Shown in pieces: positions 1 to 8,501 of a DNA stretch of 64,000 nt. Both the position numbers and the translations under genes were made by a program. The stretch is from the NCBI RefSeq assembly GCF_945873775.1, contig NZ_CAMCEC010000005.1:63770-127769 (forward strand). Reading direction: 5' to 3'. This stretch comes from an uncultured Treponema sp. GTDB taxonomy: Bacteria; Spirochaetota; Spirochaetia; Treponematales; Treponemataceae. The notes beneath the pieces were generated by a model. It was not told the DNA's origin, did not search any database, and saw only the letters and a list, made by a program, of their open reading frames with translations. Position 1 is the stretch's first letter. Each line of letters starts with the position of its first letter.

Positions 1-1303
1 GTGGTGGCGAAGAGCGCCATCTTCGGAAGCATGTTCTCGTAACGCTTCCAGAGTCCTTTTTCGTTTTTGTGCTGATTCACAAAGCTTTCCACCGCATTGG
101 AGACAAAGCTCTGCGTATGGACGTTCGCATAGTCATCGATAAGAGTTTTCTTGAGATAGCCGGAATCAATCGCCTCCTTCAATCCGTATTCATAGACAAC
201 TTCTGGCATCAGGCGGTTTTCGATATACGGCGTTCCTGTAAAGTTGTAGCAGGCGACAACCTTTGTTCCTGCCGCGTCCAGTTCTTGAACAAGTCCGTCA
301 ATCGTAAGTCGCAGGCTTGTTTCCTTTGTGCGGTCGAGCATATCGTTTTTCAGGGATTTCCCGAAAGCGTGGTGCGCCTCATCGACGTAGATTCCAAGCT
401 GCCTTAGCCGGGTGAGTTTCTGGTAACGCTGGTTCGCCATCAGGGAAGAATCGTCATCGAGCATATAAAGGTCGGCGTTCGGGCTCTCGCGGATTGCGTC
501 TTCCCAGGAATCCTTGAAAAGCAGGTTCTCTGCCGAATCTTCCTTGCGCTTTTTCTTGAGAATGATTTTCTGCGATGTGGAGATGATCAGGTTGAAGTCC
601 GAGCCGTCCATTGTGCTGAGCGCGGCTCCGTCCTCTTCAAGAAAATGGAACTTGATGATTGTATCCAGCTCGTTGGCGTATTTTTCGGTAAAGACCTTTG
701 CCTTATCAAAAGTCTGGATTTCCTTGAGCGACTGCAAGACCGTCGTGTCCGGCGCGAGCACCAGCGCATTGTGGCAGAAACGCTCATCCTTCGGGTATTT
801 ATGGGCAAGCAGAAACTCATAGAAGATGCACAGCGCCATCAGGATTGTCTTTCCGGTTCCCATGGTGAGCGCAAAGATGTAGTTCGCATATTCCTGCCGT
901 AAATCCGAAAGCTGTTCAAAGAATGAAATTAGCGTGTCGCGGTTCGTCGTGTCCAAGACAGAGAAAAGCCCATCGCCGTAATAATGGCTATTGTCGAAAG
1001 TGAACGGAACAGCCGCATTCTCGTTCGCACCTTGAACCATGCGGTTTTTCCGCCAGTCATCGAACAGGTCGGCCAGGCGCGGATTCCCCAGATATTCTTT
1101 TAGGAACACATACATTTCAAACGCCTCGTACTGCGGCTTCCTCAAAAAGGCGTTCGGATTGTCCTTGCGAGGCTCGGCATTTGCAAGAATTGTGCGTGTA
1201 AGATTCGTGTACGATTTTCTGATTTCCTTTTTGTTTGCCGAATAGAACTGCCACATAATGCGGTAGAACGGAAAATCGATTGAGTTTTTTTTGACTTCGC
1301 CAT
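1..1303 (-). pseudogene. res: Type III R-M restriction subunit (DEAD-box helicase), 5' part; frameshifted at an A8 tract after codon 4-6; runs off the window edge
   Basis: Long open frame from ~1284 to the window edge contains LTMGTGKT (Walker A), VDEAHH (motif II) and NFTGTP (motif III). ATG at 1303 has a GGAGG RBS and a TAATG overlap with the upstream ORF, but it is one base out of frame unless A8 (1285-1292) is A9. Confidence 0.85.
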
Positions 1304-3229
1304 TATTTTTCCTCCGCCTGAACCGTGCATTCCCAGGATTCGCTGATAAGGTCGGTAATCTTTATATGGATTGCACCGGCCGTTTCTGGAATATCGTATT
1401 CGCCTTTTACCAGCGCGTTCTTTTCCGGGATGTCGGTGAGGGACGGGCTGAACGTTACGCCGTCGTAGTTCCAGTCGATGAACACGCTTTCGGCAAGCTC
1501 CTTCCAGTCGCTCACGTCGGTCTTTTCGATGCTGAGCTTCTGCAGCAGGTTCATCGGGAAAAAGTTCTCGATGACGAGTTTTCTTCCCTTGACTACAACT
1601 TTTGCGTCGCTGTCTCGCTTGAAGCGCAAATCCTTCTTGTCACGCAAGAGGTCGATGATTTCAAGGTCCACCCGGAATCCCATCTTGTCCGCTTCCTCTT
1701 CAAACTGCGCTTTTAAATTCGGGTCGTGCCCCATGCACACAAAGGTTATCGCTTCGACAGGCTTTGCAGGATTTTCCTTTTGCCTCTCCTGCCACACGGA
1801 AATATCCACGTTGGAAAGCAGCCTGGCGAACTCGCTTGCGGTGGCAATTCGGTTGATTCCGAGAATGCACACCTTGCGGCCGTCGAGCAGCGCGTCATAG
1901 ACATTGCTGTCGGTGAGCTGCTCCATGCCCATCGCTTCGCAGATAAGGCGTTTGGCTTCCAGCTCGTTGCGGAAGAATTCGTAGTCGTTTACGTTATAGA
2001 CTTCAAAGCCTGTGTAGAAAGTGCCGGTACGGTCTGGGGATTCCCGTGTCGGGGCACGGGAATGACATTTCGTAGAAAGGGTTCCGTTTGAGGGATCAGA
2101 GGGGGGGGAAGCCTTCCCCCCCCTGCGTCGCACTTCGTTGCGCCGACACCCCCGCAACGCCCCCGTCATTCTGCGAAAACAGCGTGTCATTGCCGGGCTT
2201 GACCCGACAATCTATCTCCTTCGCCGCTTTCAGAAGCCGTTTTGTGGTGGTCTGGATGGCGCCCAGGTTGATGTCCGCGCCGATAAAGCGCCTGCCGAGC
2301 TTCATGGCGACCGCCTGCGTGGTGCCGCTGCCCATAAAGCAGTCGAATACGAGGTCTCCGGGATTGGAAGATGCCTTGATAATGCGTTCGAGCAGGGCTT
2401 CGGGCTTTTGGGTGGGGTAACCAAGAAATTCTTTACTTGCAGATTTCGTTGTAGAACTCTGTCCAATTTCCCAAACATCATCTGCTTTCTTTTCGTAAAA
2501 CATTTCATAGATTAGGCTACCATCAGGATTTCTTGCTGAAACCAACTTTCCTAATTCTGAAGACCAAATGCGTTTATCACGTTTAGTCGGTTTATCAAGA
2601 GGAATCATAATTGTATTTGCAACAAAACAATTCCCTTTTTTGAACCAAAGGATATTATTGTGATTTGTAGCAAAACCTTTTACATTTCCCTGAAAATTAT
2701 CCGCATAATGCCAAATTATTTCATTCACAAAATTTTGATTTCCGAATACTTCATCAAGAAGTAGTCTCAAATGCCCGCTCTTATGCCAGTCGCAGTGCAG
2801 ATAAATGCTTCCGTTGTCCGCCAAAAGTTCCCGGCACAGAATCAGGCGCTCGTACATGAACTGCAGGTATTCGTCGTTTGTCCAGATGTCGCCGTACTGC
2901 TTTTCCTCGAACGTGGTGCTGTCGGTTTCCGCACTTTTTCCGCGCAGCTCAATCTTCTTCTTGTAGTCCGCCTTGGAATCAAACGGCGGGTCAATGTAAA
3001 TCAGGTTCACCTTGCCCCGGAAGTTTTTTAGCAGGTGGCTCATCACCTGCAGGTTGTCGCCCCAGTAGATTTTGTTCCGCCAGCCGTCCACGTCGTCTCC
3101 GTATCTTTCCTTCAGCTGCGCCGGATAATAGGGCGTGCCGGTAAAGGGGCGCTTTCCCGTCCATCGCAGTTCCGGGTAGCCGCGGATCGGCTCGTAGTTG
3201 AATTCAAAAAGTTCTTTCTGGTCAGTCAT
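1303..3229 (-). pseudogene. mod: Type III R-M methyltransferase subunit (N6-adenine MTase), split into 2096..3229 and 1303..2190 by a frameshift at G8/C8
   Basis: Has IYWGDNL, IYIDPPF, YPTQKPEALLERII and DCFMGSGTT...GADIN motifs. The second frame continues FYTGFEVYNVNDY and ends directly at res. Deleting one base in G8 or C8 (2101-2123) fuses the frames. Confidence 0.85.
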
Positions 3230-3239
3230 GTTTTCCTCG

Positions 3240-6206
3240 TTAAATGTTTTTTCCGCAATAGAATCTGAAGTCGCATTCGGCGCACTGGGCGGGGGCGCAT
3301 TTTCCGCTGCGTGTAAAGTTTTTTCGTTCTATTTTGTGAACAACCTCGTCCACTTCACTGATTGTTTTTTCCACGGAGCTGTTTTCATATCTGTAGCTGA
3401 TTACCGGATTTTCATCGCTTGTGCCTGTGTAGAATAGGTTCAGCCGGCTGATTTCCTTTCCAGTACGCTCATGGAGAATCTTTGCATAGATTTCGAGCTG
3501 ACGGCGGTATTGGGAAAGCCGTTCCTTGCTTTCCTCGTTGTTTACATCTGGCTTTTTGCCGGTCTTAAAGTCAAGAATTTCATAAGTGCCGTCCGAGCCG
3601 CGCACAAGGTCGATTTTTCCTTCAAGAATGTAGTCTTCCTTTTGGAGAGTAACAGGAACTTCCGCCTCTTTTACTTTCTGCCAGTCGTCTTTTGCATAAT
3701 CCACATAGTTCTGAATATTCTTTAGCACAACTTTTAAACTGCTTTCTGAAAAATATGCGTTCTGTGCTTTTGAAATCTGCCGGTAGTTCTCTGCTAGCCA
3801 GAAGTCAATTTTTTCTTTGGTGATTTCGTTTGCCCTGCCTTCAAGAACTGTCCTGTGAATATCCTCGATTGTCTGATGGACAAGTGTTCCGAACAGAAAC
3901 GAGTTATTGCGCACCGGCATAAATTCCAGTTCTCTGTAAAACTTGTACTGCAAAGGGCAGGCTTCATACAAAAGAATATGGCTGGTAAATGAATATTCGT
4001 GCTTTATCTCGCTTGTTTTTACTTCTTCCAGAACTGGAATTGTGTTTCCGCTTTTGAACAGCTCTTCCCAGTCCGGCACATCGTTACATATAGAAGAAAA
4101 ATATTTTGAGGGGCAGTTGCGCTGCCGTTCCGCCCGGTTTCCTCGTGAAGTGTCAATGTCGCTCAATACAAGCAGATTCTGTGCGCGGCTGAATGCGGTG
4201 TAGTAGAGCCGCCAGAAATCAAAATACTTTGTGCGGTTGAGCGGCTCCCATGGTGTTTTTTGGTGATAGAAATTTGCTATGTCCTCATCAAGAGTGTCAA
4301 AATTCTTGCGTGGAGTTCTGCCAAGAGAAGTTACAACAGTTATGGGAAATTGTAATCCCTTTGACTGGTGAATTGTCATAAAGCTTATACAGCCGCTCGG
4401 AGTTGCCATGTCAAAGTCTTCGTATTCTTCAAGGCCGCCGTCATACAGAAAATGAAGGTAGTTTCCAAAAAACTGCTTCAGCACCCAGTACAGCTTCTTT
4501 TTTTCAGAGATGAAGACATTCACATTGAACATCGCTTCAAAACGTGTCAAAAGCTGGCTGAACTTTGCAAGATTGTAGCAGGGGCGCAAATCCTGCACAC
4601 CTGAATCAAGTTCCACATCAAGAAGCTCCTTGAATAGCGGAAACTGCAAAAGCTGATAGAACAAATCCGCAAATGCGTAGTCGGTGTTGTGTGTAAGGTT
4701 GTTCAGCTCCTTGAATTTCTGCGTCGCAAAAATCAGAAGTTTTTTGTGCTTTTCCTTGTCTTTTCTGATTTCATCTCCAAAAAATCTTGAGCAGTTCTCA
4801 TAATATGAATAAATATCATCTTGTTTTCGGCTGTCTGATTTTGGCTTTAAGACTTCCTCAATCAGATTTGGAAAGATGAACATATAAAAGCCCACTGCAA
4901 GACGGATTTCTTTACGCTCAAAAAACATATCGCTTCTGGGACTGAATGTGGGGATTCTGTGTTCTTCAAGATATTGCGCAAGAAAACGTGTGTTGTCATT
5001 TTTTACAGAATATGAAAGGACTGCAATCTGATTGTAGTTTTTTAGAATGTTTTTCTGACGTAATATGCTGATAAAATCTAAAACTTCCTTGCACCATGTT
5101 TCAACTTTTGCGTCTCCCATGACGCGGACCACGCCGGGATAGTTCTCCTGTTCCTCCGTGGTGTTTTTTGCATGAAGAATCGTCTTGTCATAGCGGAAAA
5201 CTTCTCCGTTTTCTCCTTGCCAGTCGCCTGAGCCGCCGTCCTTATCTTCAGCAAGCCATGGGGGTTTCATGTATTTGTTGTAGAAACTGATGATGTCTTT
5301 GTGCGAGCGGAAATTTCTGTTCAGCTCGATTTTTTTACATTCACCTTTTGAGAAATTTTCCTGAAAGCGCAAAATATTTTCTACAGTTGCGCCACGGAAA
5401 CGGTACAAAGCCTGGTCGTCATCGCCTACAACACAGATTCTGTTTTTAGGCGCGGCAAGCTTTAAAAGAATCTGCTCTTGAATACGGTTTGTGTCCTGGT
5501 ACTCGTCTATCATCAGATATTGGATTTTCCTGCGCAAATCATTCAAGACAAAATCGTCTTTTAAAAGTTCCCACATCATCGTCTGAATCAGCGAAAAATC
5601 CAAAGCATTTCGTTCGGAAAGAAGCCCTCTGTATTCTTTTGTGAGTGCGGCAAGAACTGGAAGCGTTTTACTCTCTGTGCAGGCGGAAAGTTTTTCCAGG
5701 TCAAGATTTTCTTCGCTTGGACGGCTCACAAGGGCCGCAATTTTTTTTGCAAAATTCCAGCCGAAATGTCCGCTTACAAGAGTGTCAAGATTTTCTATTT
5801 TATTGAACCGTTCTGAATTTTGAAAAATAAGATACTGCTTTTCAAAGTCATCAAGCACGCGGTAGTTTCTTTTTAGTGTTGTGTGGGCGCGGTATTCCTC
5901 AAGAATGTTCAGAAAAATCGAGTGGAGCGTGCCAATGTACATATCAGAAATATTGATTGTTATTCCAAGTTCATGGGCAAGAGAAGAAATTCGGCTCACA
6001 AGTTCCTTCGCCGCTTTTTCGGTAAAAGTCGCCACTAAAATGCTGGATGACGGAATACCCAAATCTGCGACAAGATGAATCACCCTGTCCACAAGCGTTT
6101 TTGTCTTTCCTGCTCCAGGGCCCGCAATTACAAGAAGCGGCTGTTCGGTGGTGAGGATAACGGATTGTTGCTCCTGTGTGGAGGCGGAAAAGTCTAAAAC
6201 TGGCAT
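3240..6206 (-). CDS. UvrD/REP-family helicase fused to a C-terminal PD-(D/E)XK (RecB/Cas4-like) nuclease
   Basis: AGPGAGKT, IDEYQDTN, VGDDDQALYRFRGA and MTIHQSKGLQF helicase motifs. C-terminal YEACP...GKIDLV...DFKTG...QLEIY...CAPAQCAECDFRFYC. Confidence 0.9.
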   Translation of the reverse strand: MPVLDFSASTQEQQSVILTTEQPLLVIAGPGAGKTKTLVDRVIHLVADLGIPSSSILVATFTEKAAKELVSRISSLAHELGITINISDMYIGTLHSIFLNILEEYRAHTTLKRNYRVLDDFEKQYLIFQNSERFNKIENLDTLVSGHFGWNFAKKIAALVSRPSEENLDLEKLSACTESKTLPVLAALTKEYRGLLSERNALDFSLIQTMMWELLKDDFVLNDLRRKIQYLMIDEYQDTNRIQEQILLKLAAPKNRICVVGDDDQALYRFRGATVENILRFQENFSKGECKKIELNRNFRSHKDIISFYNKYMKPPWLAEDKDGGSGDWQGENGEVFRYDKTILHAKNTTEEQENYPGVVRVMGDAKVETWCKEVLDFISILRQKNILKNYNQIAVLSYSVKNDNTRFLAQYLEEHRIPTFSPRSDMFFERKEIRLAVGFYMFIFPNLIEEVLKPKSDSRKQDDIYSYYENCSRFFGDEIRKDKEKHKKLLIFATQKFKELNNLTHNTDYAFADLFYQLLQFPLFKELLDVELDSGVQDLRPCYNLAKFSQLLTRFEAMFNVNVFISEKKKLYWVLKQFFGNYLHFLYDGGLEEYEDFDMATPSGCISFMTIHQSKGLQFPITVVTSLGRTPRKNFDTLDEDIANFYHQKTPWEPLNRTKYFDFWRLYYTAFSRAQNLLVLSDIDTSRGNRAERQRNCPSKYFSSICNDVPDWEELFKSGNTIPVLEEVKTSEIKHEYSFTSHILLYEACPLQYKFYRELEFMPVRNNSFLFGTLVHQTIEDIHRTVLEGRANEITKEKIDFWLAENYRQISKAQNAYFSESSLKVVLKNIQNYVDYAKDDWQKVKEAEVPVTLQKEDYILEGKIDLVRGSDGTYEILDFKTGKKPDVNNEESKERLSQYRRQLEIYAKILHERTGKEISRLNLFYTGTSDENPVISYRYENSSVEKTISEVDEVVHKIERKNFTRSGKCAPAQCAECDFRFYCGKNI

Positions 6207-6328
6207 CTTACATTTTTTAGGCGGTAGAACCGATTTTTATGCAGTAAAATACGGATAAACCCACCTTTTGTATATAATCGGACAGTCTAACCCACTTCTA
6301 TAGTTATTTAAACGGTTATTTTGACCTT

Positions 6329-6643
6329 ATGAATAATTATAAAAATGATTTTATAGATAACCTGATTTTTTACAGAACTCAAAAAAAAATGTCCCAGCTG
6401 GAGCTTTCAGGAATTTGTGATTGCGCAAAAAGCACGATTGGCGGAATCGAGTCAAGAAAAAATTTTCCTTCCTTTGAGCTGATTCTGAAAATAGCCTATG
6501 CGCTTGAAATCCACCCTGCAGACTTGTTCTTGCGGAATGCCAGCCAAAGCCGCAAGGAAGTGCGGAAATTCTTTGACGAGGAAGTTTCTGCAAAACTAAA
6601 GGAAATGGTTGAAAAAAGATTCCCTTTGGTAGAGTTTGAGTAG
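6329..6643 (+). CDS. XRE-family helix-turn-helix regulator
   Basis: RTQKKMSQLELSGICDCAKSTIGGIESRKNFPSFELILKIAYALEI is a typical HTH_3 pattern. Confidence 0.85.
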   Translation: MNNYKNDFIDNLIFYRTQKKMSQLELSGICDCAKSTIGGIESRKNFPSFELILKIAYALEIHPADLFLRNASQSRKEVRKFFDEEVSAKLKEMVEKRFPLVEFE

Positions 6644-6897
6644 TTTTTTCAATGTCTGTTCATTTTTTTAGCTAAAGATTATGTAGAGAAATTAGAAGTA
6701 AAGGGCAGTTTATGCCGTTGTTTTTGAAGGAATGTTCATAAATGAGCCGTGTCCGATGATTGTTCCTGCCTATGAGTATTTGCTGCACATTCTGAATTCC
6801 AAGCTGGAGAAATATTATATACGAAGTCTTGGCTTTACAAGAAACCGCAGCTGCTGAAACAATTTGTTTATTCATTCCTAAATTTCTTTAGAATGAA

Positions 6898-7119
6898 TCA
6901 ATCAGATAATTCATTTTCGATTAAATCTTCTGCCAGATTTTTATAGTCCAGATTTTCTATTCCATTTTCACCTGATTCAATTTGTTTTGCAAGTTTACTG
7001 GAATAATATTTATCCATGGCCTCCCGCAAATCTATTTTTAATGTTGCCGCAAGATAATTAATAATATCTGTTTCGAGATTCTGTTTATAAATTTCAGTTA
7101 AATCTTTTGAATTTGTCAT
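6898..7119 (-). CDS. Small helical protein, DUF3791-like
   Basis: Third gene of a coupled trio (4-bp overlap). DIINYLAATLKIDLREAMDKYYSS resembles DUF3791-type partners. Confidence 0.6.
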   Translation of the reverse strand: MTNSKDLTEIYKQNLETDIINYLAATLKIDLREAMDKYYSSKLAKQIESGENGIENLDYKNLAEDLIENELSD

Positions 7120-7601
7120 TTATTTTCAACCAAATAGGATTTTTCGAATTTTAAAACAGCAGGAATAATTCCTTGATTTACGATGCAGATTTGATCGTTC
7201 ATTTTATAATATCTCAATTCTTCTATGGTTCTTTTTTTATCCCATAAACCTCGGAAATACATATCCACTGTTTTAAATACATCGTCATTGGCAACATTTC
7301 CAATTATTATATCATAGGCTTCATTCAGATTGTCACCATTTCTGCATGCACATACAAAATCAAGCCATTTTTCATTCTCATTGTCGAACCTTAAAGTTCT
7401 GTACTGGGAAAAATCTTCAATTAGTGTATAAACATTTACTGTTGGTTTTCCGTTATACCGGGCGGCTTTTCTAGAAGCCCATTTTTCAGCCTGATTCTGA
7501 TAAGTGGTGATATAAAATCCTTTTCCGAAATCCAAATAGTTTTTAGAAAAAGAAACATCAGGACTCTGAATTTCCTTGTTGGAACCGTGGAAAACTGTCA
7601 T
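7116..7601 (-). CDS. DUF3990 family protein (ADP-ribosyltransferase-like fold suspected)
   Basis: FHGS...LDFGKGFYITT..QAEKWA...WLDFV...YDIIIGNVAND...QIC matches the DUF3990 pattern. Confidence 0.8.
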   Translation of the reverse strand: MTVFHGSNKEIQSPDVSFSKNYLDFGKGFYITTYQNQAEKWASRKAARYNGKPTVNVYTLIEDFSQYRTLRFDNENEKWLDFVCACRNGDNLNEAYDIIIGNVANDDVFKTVDMYFRGLWDKKRTIEELRYYKMNDQICIVNQGIIPAVLKFEKSYLVENK

Positions 7602-7816
7602 ACAGCAATTCCTTTTTCACGCACAAAGCCTGAAATATCTTCGGCTAAAGCCTTTTCTCCCTGCGTATGAAGCACATCGTAATATTTTATGATATAGTCG
7701 TCGAGTATTTTCGTTTTGTTCAATGTATGATAAACATCGGCAGGTGTCATGTGCCATTTTTTAGCAAGCTGATGTATCATAAAAATTGAAAATTCCATCT
7801 CAGTTTTTTTGCACAT
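7598..7816 (-). CDS. DUF3791 family protein
   Basis: FSIFMIHQLAKKWHMTPADVY..L....ILDDYIIKYYDVLHTQG matches the DUF3791 pattern. Has a GGAGG RBS. Confidence 0.8.
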   Translation of the reverse strand: MCKKTEMEFSIFMIHQLAKKWHMTPADVYHTLNKTKILDDYIIKYYDVLHTQGEKALAEDISGFVREKGIAV

Positions 7817-8046
7817 ACCGCACCTCCAAAAATATTCTTCTATAAGATAGCATAATTCTTACAAAAAATCATCCTTTAAATACCGCGTGTAATTACTGCA
7901 CTAATAGCCTCATTATTAGTTCAGTAATCAACATTCATTTAGTGCAGTATCGGTCTCCTTTTCACCGCATTAGTTAAATTTTATTGAACTTTTTGATTTT
8001 TATTCTTGACTTCTTATTTTTGTTATTGTATATTGTGTGTGTAGGT

Positions 8047-8136
8047 TCAAAATATTTGAATATTTTGATTTATTTAAGGTTTATACAAACCTTAAAAACG
8101 GATGAGTCAAGGTCTTGAGCGTAAGCGTACCTTGAC
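8047..8136. promoter_or_regulatory. Three consecutive inverted repeats upstream of the XRE-ImmA pair (putative operators)
   Basis: TCAAAATATT-TG-AATATTTTGA (8047-8068), TTAAGGTTT-ATAC-AAACCTTAA (8074-8095), GTCAAGGT-N15-ACCTTGAC (8106-8136). Confidence 0.5.
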
Positions 8137-8168
8137 CAGACGTATTTTATTAAAGACAGGGTAAAGAG

Positions 8169-8501
8169 ATGGGAAACGAGAAATTTATGGCGAGAGTCCG
8201 CGAGCTGCGAGAGTCTAGGAAACTTTCTCAGGAAGCTCTTGCCGATAAGGTAGGAGTGACAAAAAGCGGAGTCGCAATGTGGGAGACAAGGGGCGTTGTT
8301 CCAAGAAAAGAAACTCTTGAAAAAATCTGTGATGTTCTTGGAACAACAACTGACTATTTATTGGGCATAGGAGAAGTGAATGTTGCAAATGCAAAAATAA
8401 ATTCAATCCAGAGAGGACTCAGCAAGCTTGACGAAAAAGACCTTGAGCGTGCGGAAGGCATTCTGCGCCTCGCATTTACAGAAGCATTTGGAGGGGAATA
8501 G
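8169..8501 (+). CDS. XRE-family repressor (ImmR/CI-like)
   Basis: VRELRESRKLSQEALADKVGVTKSGVAMWETRGVVPRKETLEKICDVLGTTTDYLLG. Confidence 0.9.
   Translation: MGNEKFMARVRELRESRKLSQEALADKVGVTKSGVAMWETRGVVPRKETLEKICDVLGTTTDYLLGIGEVNVANAKINSIQRGLSKLDEKDLERAEGILRLAFTEAFGGE

Noticed and set aside
2190-2190. Independent start of the 295-aa ORF at the ATG at 2190
   Set aside because: The ATG lies within the palindromic repeat without a spaced SD, and the ORF is better explained as the Mod C-terminal half.
3240-6206. Gabija GajB or cas4 assignment for the UvrD-nuclease
   Set aside because: There is no adjacent OLD/TOPRIM GajA and no CRISPR locus, and the protein is about twice the usual GajB length.
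6381-6389. A9 tract in the XRE gene as a phase switch
   Set aside because: The ORF is intact and A-runs are common in this AT-rich genome.
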